A stretch of DNA of 64,000 bases from the NCBI RefSeq assembly GCF_009914755.1, contig NC_060933.1; one strand, written 5' to 3'. Positions 48,704 to 64,000 of this stretch are shown here, in pieces. The DNA comes from the human T2T-CHM13v2.0 reference genome, Homo sapiens. The position numbers and the translations under genes are program-made. Below the pieces are notes generated by a model. It did no database searches, was not told where the DNA came from, and saw only the letters and a list, made by a program, of their open reading frames with translations. The number at the start of each line of letters is the position of its first letter. Position 1 is the stretch's first letter.

Positions 48704-50951
48704 AGACGAAGCTGAATATTTCCTTTCCAGCCACTGGCTGCCAGAAATTAATTGAAGTGGATGATGAAAGCAAACTTCATACTTTTTATGAGAAGCATAT
48801 GGCCACAGAAGTTACTACTGAGATGCTCTGGGTAAAGATTGGGAGGCTTATGTGGTCCAAATCAGCGGTGGGAAAGACAAACAAGTTTTCCCCATAAAGC
48901 AGAGTATCTTGACCCATGGCCAAGTCTACCTGCTACTGAGAAGGGGCATTCCTGTTATAGACCAAGAAGAATTGGAGAAAGAAAGTGAAAATCTGTTCAG
49001 GGTCACAATGTGGTCACCAATCTGACCATTCTCAACTTGGTTATCATTAAAAAAGGAGAGAAGGATATTCCCGGAGTGACTGACACTATGGTGCCTTGTC
49101 ACCTGGGGCCCAAAAGACCTAGCAGAATCTGCACTTTTCAATCACTCTAAAAAAGATGATATCTGCCAATATATTGTAATAAAGCCCTTAAACAAAGAAG
49201 GTAAGAAACCTAGAACCAAAGCACCCAAGATTCAGTGTCTCGTTACTCCACATGTCCTGTAACACAAACTCTGGCATATTACTCTGAAGAAACAGACTAC
49301 TAAGGGAAATAAGAGAGAGGCTGCAGAATATGCGAAACTTTTGGCCAAAAGAATGAAGGAGACCAAAGAAAAATGCCAGGAATAGATTGCCAACAGTGCA
49401 GGTGGCCCTCTCTGTGAGCTTCTACTTCTGAGTCCAGTCAAAAATAAAACTTTTTGAGTAACAAATAAGATCAGATCCCACCCTCCAAAAACCATTGCTA
49501 TGGGAATTGGTTTTATTTTGCTTTATAGAATGGTTGAGAGAAATTGAGTCCCTCTATCTATTCACAAATTATTTAAAATATAATTTGATTAAGTTAATTG
49601 TAAGAATACTTTACCTCTAATGCATGCAGGTGTTTCCACACATTTAAAAAACCCTTTCTCTAATGACTAACTGCATTTATAAATAACTATAAATACAACC
49701 TCCTATAGGTTATTTTTCCTATTTATGACCATAAAGTTAAAGAGAGATAACACTTAAGAAAATATAAGAAAGTTTGTTTCTTTTTATCTTGATACTTGGC
49801 TGGATACCAGCTCAGTGTTTGTAGATGCCTTTTCTTTAACAGAGAGCTAGACAAACCAAAGTTAATATAACAGAGTATCCCCTACCTAATTCTCATCAGT
49901 TTTTAACCCCTTTTATCTTCTGAAGAGCAATATCCCAATAACTCAAAATAAAATAAATTAAAGGCAAGCTTCTCACATGTACCATGGATTTAAATGATAC
50001 ATGAAGATCTTGGAGAAACAAAGATAGTTTCAGTGAAATTCATCAAACTCTGAAAGATAATGAAGGTCTTGGGGTTACAGTCATCAGGAATTCTGATTAG
50101 GACAACCTTTAATGAATGCTTGCTGTTTGATGTATTAGAAGCTCTGTCATGATAAGCTTCATAGAAACAGAGGTCCTGACTGTTATATTAAATATATTCT
50201 GCACAGTACTCTCAACAAAGTAGAAACAATAACAAATTATATTAATTGAAATTCATGGGGCAATACGAGAAACGCTGAGTATCAAAATATTTTTTATAAT
50301 TCTCAAAAGTGTGGCCTTTTAAATGGAGATCATTCAAGTGATGGAAAAGTCAAGAAAATCGTCAGGGTTGCTGTGGGAATAGAAATCGTCAAAGACAACA
50401 TCAAAATGAGTATCCTGAATTTGGGTTCAGATAATGCCCCCCAAAGAATTAAATTATCAACGGAATATCTGCTACATCCTTCAAGATCCTTCAGTAATAT
50501 CAATTTGCGAGCCTCTGTCAGTTTCCTCTTTGTTAAATGGAGACCATATCTGCCTTGGCTAACTTGAGAATTGTTGGGAGAAAAATATCTTACGTAAAAA
50601 ATTGAAAGCGCAAAATAAAGATAACTACTGTCGCTACTCTATTTAGTCATAATAGCTATAACTAAACAAACAAATCTTACTGTTAATCTGCAACAAAAGG
50701 AGGCTTTTATAACTATGTGACAATGTAAATATGGCAATGATTTCAGCCTGATTAGATAAAACTTCCACCTCTCAGATCAATACTGGAAATCAGTATAATT
50801 TGGTACCTTGAGTTGGGCATCAAAACAGAGCTACTAAACAGAACAGCAGGGGTACTAACCAAGATAAAGATCAAACCCTGTCAGGAATAAAACGTTCAGG
50901 TCCCAAGAGTTTCTCTCCTAATAGAAGCCCAGATGAGCATGAATCACTTAC

Positions 50952-51076
50952 TGGAAAACCCAGAGCCGTCTTCATGAGCACCTCCCTACACCTCCTAGGG
51001 TGCGAAGGTGTCAGCTTGGGCTCTGGGAAAAGAAAATCTCGTGTGTTTTCTTCGTAGTAGGCCAACTCATCCCACA
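50952..51076 (-). CDS. SPATA6L: SPATA6L exon (WDELAYYEENTRDFLFPEPKL...EVLMKTALGFP)
   Basis: 125 nt, ttctag|...CCA|gtaagt, phase 1 to 0; SPATA6-domain motif YxENTRDF. Confidence 0.96.
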
Positions 51077-53880
51077 CTAGAAAGAAAATAGAAAAAGCAT
51101 AAATATCTGTATTTACACCTCCAGGCTTAACAAAATAAAAGTTCAGGCAGATGATGGCAGAGATGGCACTCAGGTAAAAATAGACATATTGATCCTAGCA
51201 CATGTTATTCAAGAGGAGACTAATTTCTACTACTTTTTATCTCGTGGATAATTTTTTAAAGCCTTCCAAAGTCATAACAGAGAAAAAAAGACTAAAGAGA
51301 TGTTCTACAAAATAGAACAAAAAGGAAAAACTATCTTTCCATATATCCATCCAATTTTTCCTGCAACAAATTTTTACTAATGATAAACCTTAACCCAGGC
51401 ACTGAGGATAGAACAGGAACAAGGTGGACATAGCATTGTTCACACAACTTTACAGTTTAGACTGGGGTTCAATGTGTTCTGTGATGCATGGATGCCAAGG
51501 GCCCAGATGACAGCTACAGCTGTGATTCTCAGCAGGGGTACCAACCCCGAGGACATTTTGGACATTTGTGGAAATATTTCAGGGGCAGTAGCCAGAGGTG
51601 TGAGGGAGTTCTGCAGTGCTCAAGACACTCATGCACATCACACTATCTCCCCCATCCCCAGTGACTTTCTAATATTCTGCAAACATTCTTGCAGGCTAAA
51701 AACTATTTTATAATTGTCTGAGCCTAGAACTTAACTAACTATGTAACTGAAAATAATTATATAACTATGTTGCATGTAAACACAAAGCCTTTTTTTTTTG
51801 CATAATTTGGAAATACACTGAATTTTTCCAAGTACCGTGTAAATCAAGGAACAATTGTATTTTGTTTTGTTTGGATCTTTAACCAGACCTGTTTGATATT
51901 TTGGAAATCATGTCCCATCTAAATGCTTCATTATGCTTGATACTTACATATTAACATATACATTTTATTATAAACCACTTTCATTTTTCCTTTATATTAC
52001 AATCAGAATATTATATTAATTTTTTACAGTGACTTGTATAAGTTGATTATATTAACTACAAATATTTTCAGTATCATAAAAGGGATACTACAAAATACTC
52101 ATTACCAAAAGATCTTGGGTCTAATGGGATGAACAATTACTGAGCCGAAGGACAGAAAGCTACCATCTGAATCACCTTTGACCACACAGCAGGTGCCACA
52201 CAAGTGATCTGGACTGAGAGTGGTCCCCGCACAGAGGACCATCAAAAAAGTAACTATAGCCAATGAGGCAGTTTTGCTATTTAGTGGCTGCCACTTTACT
52301 TATGAGAAGAATTCTGATGAGGGTTGCTTTGTTTTCAGTACATCAACTGTAGAACATAATTGACCTTACATCAAATAATATGATGTATTAAATTCTTCCT
52401 CCTACTAACTCCATTTAATATTAATGTTTCAGTTCTACCGAGGAAAGAATCAAAGTGCAAAAAGAAATTATTCTATATTTTTCATCATAAATAGCATTTC
52501 TTCCCACTCGTGTGCTCCCAGCCACGCTCCAGCCACAATGGATTGATGTTCCCTCCTCAGCAATGTACTTCCACCATGCATGCTCTCCTGCATTACTGCC
52601 ATGGCTGTAGTTGATCTCCCTGCCTCCATTCTCCTGCACTCAAATCCATTGTCCGCACGCTGCAACGTTTTAAATACATCAGACTGCCTTTCTCCTGCTT
52701 AAAACCTTCCAATGGGCTTCCCATCGCATTAGAATAAAATCTAAGCACCCTACCCTAGATTTCAAGACTCTATATAATCAGGCTTCTAATAATCTCTCCT
52801 AATTCATTTATTGCCACTCTCCCCCTTGATCATCGTTCCCTGTCATCCCTTACCCTTCTTGCTGTCCCTCAAACACGCCAAGCTCTCCTCCACATAACGG
52901 TTTTGCCTTATTGTTCTTCCTCCCTCTAAGGTTCCCTCTCTGGGTCTCTGCATGGCTGGCTCCTTCCTACTGAATAACAGGCTTGGTTTAAATGTCATCT
53001 TATCAGAAGGTGGCAACCCAACCTAACAGAGCACTCCTTCCCAGACACTCCCCATCACAATACCCTATTTTACTTTCAACGTAAGATTTACCACTAATTG
53101 ATATTTTTGTTCATGTATTTATTCGTGATCTGCTTCCATCAAGGCTCCATGAAAACAGTGACTTTGTCTTTTCTGTACATTATTCTACTGCTGGCAGGGC
53201 TGTCCCTAGAAAGGTGTGAACTCAGAGCAGTTCAATCAATACAGGGCCCAGCCAAGACAATCACACCTGAAAAGGGGCCTCACTGTCAGCATCTTCAACA
53301 AGCCCCCTGAAATATCACTAACGGTAGACATTTTAAAATTGAACTTCAATGATGTTCTGAGATGAGTGGTGAAGTGCAGCATCCTGGATGCTGCCCCCAA
53401 ACCTGTAGAACAACACTTGGGACATAATGGGGACCTGACAAATGCTTCTTAAATGAATGAACATGAGGACTAAAGTAAGATAACTTGCTTAAGTTCCAGC
53501 TTACGTTAGCCACTCAATAAGCATTAGCTACCCTCTTGGAGACTCAGTTTCCACACTGTTAAAAAAAGGAGAGAGACTAAATGTTCTCTGAAAGCTTTTC
53601 CAACTCTTACCCTTCATTCATTTTCCAATAATTTATTTTCATTCATACATTCAAAAAACACTTCATTCATTGAGAACCTCCTATGTAGTAAGACTTATAG
53701 ACACTGGATTTACACTAGTGAAGAAGATAAATATAATCAATGCCCTCCAGGAGCTTACAGTCTAAGAGTATTAAACAATTATACAAATAAAGGTATAATT
53801 AAAAATTAATTTCCATAAGAGTAAATTACTAGGAATAAAGAGATAGAGAGGCTAGGAAGACAGGAGGGAAGATGGGTGTA

Positions 53881-54264
<384 letters not shown>

Positions 54265-54345
54265 TGACAATGCTCCCTGTGATGGGTATAATCCTCCCAC
54301 CCTTGTTGGCCAAAAACAGACTCTGCCTCCATCCAGAAACTCTGA

Positions 54346-54627
<282 letters not shown>

Positions 54628-56648
54628 TAGGGTCAGGCAGGGTTGGGTTCAAATCCCTGCTCCACCACTTACCAACTATGTGATCTGGGGCAAATCATGT
54701 AAACTACTTAACTTCAGTCTCCTCTTCAAGAAAATGTAAAAACTGTCATTGCACCTGCCCTTTAAGACTACTGTAAAGACGAATGACAAAGCCATGTAGA
54801 ATGCACAGCATAGCACCTGACATTGCCTACCATTACCACGATTGCTCCCTGACACCAGCCCAGCAGCGGCCCCAGAACTGCTTTGGTTTCTGTAAACATC
54901 ATTATGTTCCTACTGGGAACAAACACCTAGATGCATGATATGATGTTCTACACAGGAGGCCTTTCCTTTTTCCTCTTTCCTTTCATATGCTTTTGGCTAC
55001 TTCTTGTCCCTGCATCTAAAGGATAGCTGCTACATTATTATTCCTGTGTTTATCAAGAATTTAGATAAAAGTAAGAGGCTGGAAAATTGAAAGGGAGCTC
55101 ATACCCTATCTTCAGAATCACAGGAATAAAAATAGACTGAAACAGGGTTAGACAAATAAATAGAAGGCTATGAAGCTTCTCAAGACAGTCTCTCTGGTGT
55201 GGTCATTTTCTAGAAATCCAAACTGCCACCAAGTGTGAAAACGTCAGCACACTAAGAGGATGGTACAGCAAGAGCCTAGGTTAGAAATAATAAACATATT
55301 CACAGGCTGAACAAGTCTTATAGGTCAAGGGAAGTATCTGAAAGAACTCAATGTTCTTCTTAAGAGCTAATTACACAGACAGTGACATCATCAATGGCAT
55401 CAACGAACTTCTCCCCCAAAAAGGAAACAAATGAGACTTTAAGAGAAATAACAATTTTAATAACAACATTGGCTGAAGGAATATCCAACATTTTTAGAGC
55501 ATGTCAGAATTGACAGCGCGCTTCCAGATGCAGGATCACATTTGATTCCCTCTTTACAGATAAGGAAACTGAGGCTCTCAGAGTTTGACCTGTCATGATG
55601 CCACACGGCTAGTGATACCACATGGCAAAGAAGGAATTCAAAACCAAATAATCTGAGGCAAAAGTTCTTTCCTTGCTAATGCCTATAAAAGTATAAAAGC
55701 ATTGCTATGAAAGTATAAAATATTGCTATAAAAGCACTGCTATAAAAGTATAAAATTAAGCCCTGTTAAGTGAATGGGTGCCCACTAGAATAGGCTTTTA
55801 CAGTTGGACTGAATATACCTGACTTACCCAAAGCGAAGGTATTTATCTCAGAGGTTAATAAAAAGAAAGCATCAAGCTCACTGTGGAACAGGATCACGCT
55901 GCCCCCCTGTGTCCATTCCTTTTTTCCCACCTTTGTAAACTGAAGAACAGGAAGGGTCTTTATTTCTTGGCAGCAAAGATCACTAGACTTCTTCATTCTT
56001 TAGCAGTAAAGCTATATGCACATCTGGATATTATTACTTGTATTATTAATTTACTTGTACCATTAACTTAATGATCATAACATGTCTTTTGAGTATAAGT
56101 GTGTTTGAAAGCAATGAGAAAAAATATCAAGCAATAAATACAGCTAAATGAAAAGGTAACAATTCAGCCAATAGAGAAATTGGTCCCTGAGAACCCAAAT
56201 ATGGCCCATGTGACCCCACAGTGCAGTCCACAGGAAACTTTAAGAAAAAAAAAAAATTTTTGCTAGTATCAAGGATCAGCAGATCATGAGGGCTCACTGC
56301 CACTACTACGTGCCCGGAGCCACCAGCATCACACTAGGAAGACTGGCACAGTGTAGATCATGTGCAAAGTATGCCTGTAAAAACATACCTTGAACAAATT
56401 AATGGATCAAACTGTACTACATCTGAAGCTAAGTAAAATCAATTGTTATTTTGAGCAATTCAAATTTAATTCCACTAAAATTATAATCTGAAATTGAGAG
56501 ATTGTAAATTAAAAAAACAAGTATAACACAGTTCCCATTGTGCATCTTATTAATTTTTGAGTTATAACCAGTATTTATGCACTCAGCTAGAATATTCTGC
56601 AATCATTCTTTTCAAACAACTATTCTTGCAACCTTTTCACAGATGGGC

Positions 56649-56834
56649 TTCTTGTCACATGAAAAACATATAGCACTCCAAGACATATTAAGTTTTAACA
56701 AGCAAGTTGCAGAATATATATAGTCAACATATATATAGGTGTGTGTGTATATATGTTGAAAATACATATTCTGCAACTGACTTTTTAAAATGCAGTATAT
56801 CTTGGACTGTCATATGTCTTTCAAGAGACCAGAA
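56649..56834. repeat. Long imperfect inverted repeat (87-bp arms, 12-nt spacer)
   Basis: Arms 56649-56735 and 56748-56834 align ungapped, 69/87 by hand count. Confidence 0.88.
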
Positions 56835-56937
56835 AACCAACATTTAGTATATTCAACAACCATAAAATATATACACACGTAACTATATATACTAAATACT
56901 AAATATATTCGTGTTTATATATACTGTATTTAATATA

Positions 56938-57744
<807 letters not shown>

Positions 57745-58676
57745 CACATCAAATTGTTAATGGTAATTATCTGTCAGGGATTGTTGAATGGGCTTTTGAC
57801 ATTTTCTTTTACATACTTTCGTGTTAAATTTTTTATAGTGAGATTACTTAGGTATTGAGTAACTTTTTTAAAATCCATGTAAAATTAAATAAGACCAAAG
57901 TGGGCATGCTTCTACTTCCTCAGCATACTAAAATATAATGTGCCAGCAGTGATATATGTTTGAACATAAAATTGGGTCAAATAAGAATAAAAAACTTATG
58001 GAAAAAAACTCAATGCCCTGATTTCAGCCTGTCACTTTTAGGCTGAAAAACATTCAGTGAGAATTTCTGAAAAGTAGTCAGGAGGCACCTGCTCAGTTCC
58101 GTCTACCTATGAAGGTAATGACATCTCCAAAAGCACCTATTCTTAAATTCACAGAGTGGGGTTCTTTTCTGTCTCCAGCGGCAGCCTTTGCCAAAGAACC
58201 AAGAAGCAGAAGAAAGAACTACAGACTCCTGGGTTCACTGCACTTCACTTGGGCCCTTGACCTGCTCCAGTGATATCCACAGCAGGCAGGACTATGATCC
58301 CTATCAAAAGCCTCCTCAGTCCTCTTTGCTTTAGTTGAGACATTTGCTAGTCTCATCTTCCTTCTCCCATGCTCTCTTAAGAAAAAGAAAAGCACACACC
58401 ATAAAACATCAAAATAACACAACAAAACAGGGAAAATATAACTGTTTTAAGCATAACTGATTGAAAACATTGTTAAAAATAAGAATTTATAACAAAATCA
58501 ACATTTATATCCAGACATCACTCCATAAGTAATCAAAGGACAGTGACAGTCACTTTATACAGAAGGAAAGAAAGAAAACAAATCATAATATGGGAAAATG
58601 AAAATTTTTAAGAAGTTTTAAATTTAAGGTTGTCACAGTCACATCTAAAAGGGAGATAGATCATAAAATAGGATAA

Positions 58677-58970
<294 letters not shown>

Positions 58971-59399
58971 TGACATACTTTGCAAACACAACAAATCCAA
59001 TTGACAGTATCCAGCATTAACTAGGATATGGGGAAGGGGCATGCCATGCACTCCTGGATGCAGTAGAAGTATTGGAACCTTATTGGGGATCAGTTTACCC
59101 CAGTTTAAAAGGCATGGTTCAATCTAGTAATTCTATTATTTGTAAATATACCAAGAGAGAAATATTTTTATAAAAATGTGGAAAAAAAGAAAATCTAAAT
59201 GCTCAACAATATTAATTTATGGATAACACCACCACTATGGAAAAATACAGAGCTATTGAAAATGACAAGTAAACTACAGGTAATAATGTAAAGTAAGAAA
59301 AGTAAAACCCAAAATACTATGGAAATACTATTTATAGACCTATAAAAAACACATATGTAAATTAATAAAATTCTTTATAGCTATCAAAATAATGATGTA

Positions 59400-59707
<308 letters not shown>

Positions 59708-59741
59708 GATGTAGATTTATGCATTTAGAAATGACAACATA

Positions 59742-59858
59742 GGCAAGGCATGGTGGCTCATGCCTATAAACCCAGCACTTTGGGTGGCCAAGGTGGGAGA
59801 ATCACTTGCATCCAGGAGTTTGAGACCAGCCTAGGCAACATAGTAAGATGCCATCTCT

Positions 59859-59899
<41 letters not shown>

Positions 59900-60045
59900 T
59901 AGCTGGGCATGGTGCATGCCTGTAGTTCCAGCTACTGGGAGGCTGAGGCAGGAGAACTGCTCAAGCCCAGGAGGTCATACCACTGCATTCAGTCTGAGTG
60001 ACAGAGTGAGATCTTGTCTCAAAAAATATATATAAAAAATAAAAT
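59742..60045 (+). mobile_element. Alu (AluJ-like) with A37 central linker
   Basis: Pure A run at 59861-59897 between the two arms. Confidence 0.88.
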
Positions 60046-60333
60046 TAAATTTAAAAAATTTAAACAACAATATAATGGTGACATACAAGGGGGAAAGCTA
60101 ATAACAGAAAAAAAACTATGCTATGTAAAAATTCCATATCTATGTGTTCTTCTACCTACAGAGAAATATCAAGAAATATGTTCATCAAAATATAAATAAA
60201 GATTCTCTCAGGATTACGTGATGTGGGAATGCTTTTTACAAGTAAAAATTATGAAGCTGTTTTCATTTTGAGAAAGAAAAAAAGCAGAAATGCGTAATAG
60301 CAGAGATCAGAGGAGAATTTTCTGAGTTTTCAG

Positions 60334-60336
<3 letters not shown>

Positions 60337-60402
<66 letters not shown>
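60337..60402. repeat. (TC)n(AC)n compound microsatellite
   Basis: Directly visible. Confidence 0.95.
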
Positions 60403-60404
<2 letters not shown>

Positions 60405-60584
60405 CTATGCCAACAACCCTAAAATCACCAGATAGCTATACTGAAAGGCTATTTATGAGAATTGGTGCCACTGGGTGGCAGGTCCTAACCTCTCTCACCA
60501 GCTCAGGTCTTATGTCACTCAAGACACACTGCATAGCAAAAGTACCACAGAACAGCTTCCTCCTAGAATCTCATGATTCTAGCA

Positions 60585-61765
60585 CAGGGGTCACAGACTT
60601 TCTGTAAAGGGTCAGACTACTAAATGTTTTAGGCTTTGTAGGCCATCTGTTCAAATTTACTCACCTCTGTCATTGTTCTGCAAAAGTGGCTATAAACACT
60701 ACTTAAACAAATGAGTATGGCTATGTTCAAAAAAGACCTGTATTTATGAATAACGAAATTTGAATTTCATATAATTTTCACATCACTAAATATTCATTTC
60801 AAAAATTATTTCCAACCATTTAAAAATGTAAAAACCAAAAATAGTTTGGCAGTTCCTCACAAAGTTAAACAGTTACCATATACCCCATTCCCAGGTATAC
60901 ACACAGAAGAACTAAAAGCAAATATACAACAATTTGTACATTAATATTCAAAACAGCATTATTTATAACATCCAAAAAGTAGAAATGTCTTAGTCTATTT
61001 TCTGTTGCTTATAACAGAATACCTGAAACTGGGTAATTTATTTTTAAAAAGCTATTTATTTCTTACAGTTATGGAGGCTGAGAAGTCCATGGTTGAGGGG
61101 CTGTGTCTGGTGAGGGCCTTCTTGCTGGTGGGGACTCTGCTTAGTAGCCAGGTGACACAGGGAATCACATAGTGAGGGTGCTGAGCATGCTAGCTCAGGT
61201 CTCTCATCCTCCTCTTATAAAGCCAACAGTCTGACTCCCACGATAACCCATCAGTACATTAATCCATGAATAGATTAACCCATTCACAATGGTAGAGCCC
61301 TCATTACCCAATCCATATAGAAGAATATTATTCAGGCACAAAAAGGAATTAAAATCTGATACATGCTACAACATGGCTGAACCCTGAAAACATTAGGCTA
61401 AGTGAAAGAAACTAGATATAAAAGGCCACATATTGTAGGCTTCTATTTATATGAAATGTCTAGAATGAGAAAATCAACAGAGATAGAATTAGTGGTGGCC
61501 AGGGCCTGGAGGAGGAAGGAATGGGAAATGATTGCTAATAAATACAGAATTTCGTTTTGGGGTAATGAAAATGTTCTGGAATTAGTGGTGATGGCTGTCC
61601 AATCTTATGAACATACGAAAACCAACTGAATTGTACATTTGAAAATGACGAATTATATATGATTTAAATCGCAATAAAAAATGTGGAAACCATTTCTAGT
61701 TCACGGGCCATACAACAATGGCCTACAGGCTGGATTTGGCTGGGGACTATAGTTTACCAACCCTG
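60585..61765. mobile_element. MER58-like hAT MITE with nested L1M and MaLR LTR
   Basis: cagggg...ccctg termini; perfect 8-bp TSD ttctagca at 60577-60584 and 61766-61773. Confidence 0.85.
60986..61312. mobile_element. Partial MaLR LTR (MST-like)
   Basis: tgtcttagtc...tgttgcttataacagaatacctgaaactgggtaattta. Confidence 0.75.
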
Positions 61766-62164
61766 TTCTAGCATCTAACAATGAAAATGTCTTAGGGTTT
61801 TACACACACACACACACACACACCCCACAAATTAGAACACAGCCAAAGGCCAAAACTTGAAATCAGCTAAGCCAGGACTGAAAAAATTATTTAATAATTA
61901 GATAAAGTTATTAAAAAATGGAAAGACAAGGAGTCTGTTTAAGTTATGCTCCCTGCCATGAAACACCATAAAGTTATTATTCTGAAAATAGACAAAATTT
62001 AATAGATTGGCAGAAAAAAGGCATGTGTTATATAAACTTACAGACACATAAAGTTGTATGTTATTTTCAAACACAACTCTTAAGTACAGTCCCCATTTTG
62101 ACAGGCCAAATTTATTTTAAAATCATATTAAGCTAATTTAGAAACGGATTTACTGCCACATTAC

Positions 62165-62206
62165 CTGGAGGAACTAGCTGTATTAATTCAAACCTGGCTA
62201 GGAAGC
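62165..62206 (-). CDS. SPATA6L: SPATA6L 42-nt exon (FLARFELIQLVPP(V))
   Basis: tttttcctttttag|...CAG|gtaatg, phase 1 to 1; FELIQLVPPV matches the SPATA6 paralog as I recall it. Confidence 0.88.
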
Positions 62207-62425
62207 CTAAAAAGGAAAAAATGAGATTTTAATACTTCCAAAAATTGCCACAGTCTTTCAATAATTATTAAGTTTTAAACTGTCATAAAACCCACTTAAT
62301 AGTAATAATAATAAAAATAATAATTAAAAATAACTGCCAAACCAACATCAAATCAGGTATTTCTAGAATTAACCAATCAAGAGAGTGGAATGAGAATAAC
62401 AGAATTATAAAAAATAGCATTTCAC

Positions 62426-62757
62426 TAGCCATAAAAAAGAACAAGCGTTCATGTCTTTTGAAGGATCTGGAGGCCATTATCAAACTAATGCAGAAAGAGA
62501 AAACCAAATGCAGCCTGTTCTCACTTAAAAATGGGAGTTAAATGATGAGAACTCATGGACACACAGAGGGGACCAATACACACTGGGGCCTACTTGAGGG
62601 TGAAGGGTGGGAGAAGAGAGAGGATCAGAAAAAATAACTATTGGATACTAGACTTAATACCTGGGTGACAATCTGTACAACAAATCCCCATGATACGGGT
62701 TCACCTATATAACAAACCTGCACATATACCCCTAAACCTAAAAGTTAAAAAAAAAAG
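62426..62757 (+). mobile_element. L1PA/PB-type 3' fragment
   Basis: 3' UTR ending aacaaacctgcac...cctaaaagtt; TSD core agcatttcac. Confidence 0.85.
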
Positions 62758-62986
62758 CATTTCACCTCCTGAAAAGTATTGAAAAAAAAAGATGCAATAT
62801 TTGTCTCCTAAAAGTGTATACAATAAATAAATAAGTGTATACATACATAGAGCTCTAAAATAACAATGCAATTTTCATCTTAAATATTCAAAATCCACTT
62901 GTTATGCATTAACATACAAAAGTTTATCTTGCTTACAACATTGTGCAATATGACTATACAAATTATACATAAAATATAACTTTTCA

Positions 62987-63328
<342 letters not shown>

Positions 63329-63513
63329 TCAAAATATATTTAGAAATGGCAAACCTATGTAGAATGACAAGAATAAAATTAAAATAAGGACAAGAATAAA
63401 ATTCAGATCTTTAAGATAACTTAAATGATATATTAGGTTGGTGCAATTATAACAATTAAAAAATCAATAAAGATAATTCTCACAAAATAACATAACAAGT
63501 GAAAACATTTTAG

Positions 63514-63813
<300 letters not shown>

Positions 63814-64000
63814 TGAAAACATGTTAAACAGACAACAAAAGTAAAATTCTAACTTTGTAGATTTACGAAAAAAATTTGAATTCATAGGACAAAACTTTAA
63901 TGCCAAGAAACTTAAAAACCAAGACAGACTGAAACTTTAGGCTTTCAAAATGAGAGGAGGGAATATATATTTGCCAACCATCACCCCAATAGTAATTTAA

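Noticed and set aside
55821-55890. Possible cryptic minus-strand exon ending G|GTAAGT
   Set aside because: No homology to SPATA6, frame not preserved, and such site pairs are common by chance.

Overview
Eukaryotic, primate (very likely human) genomic DNA; the gene content matches the SLC1A1 / SPATA6L region. The window opens with the last exon of SLC1A1 (EAAT3/EAAC1 glutamate-cysteine transporter, + strand) and its ~1.9 kb 3' UTR. SPATA6L lies convergently on the - strand: nine coding exons with canonical GT/AG sites and matching phases (62206 down to 19852), plus a non-coding terminal exon (~16481 to ~13965); its 5' exons lie outside the window. The introns contain a full-length L1PA2/PA3-type LINE-1 (intact ORF1, disrupted ORF2), a processed RPS6 pseudogene, about 25 Alus, and older L1, LTR and DNA-transposon relics. 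I see no new multi-gene system. The most unusual structures are: (1) a composite insertion (full-length Alu + ~390 nt of unique sequence with its own poly(A) signal and tail) inside a single target-site duplication, splitting the RPS6 pseudogene; (2) an L1 antisense-promoter/ORF0 splice donor altered by a ~14-bp deletion and pointing at a SPATA6L exon ~690 nt away; (3) an ungapped 87-bp inverted repeat; (4) a frame-neutral 42-nt SPATA6L exon; (5) an unidentified ~59-nt insertion with a perfect 13-bp duplication. Repeat family names come from remembered consensus sequences and repeat boundaries are approximate.
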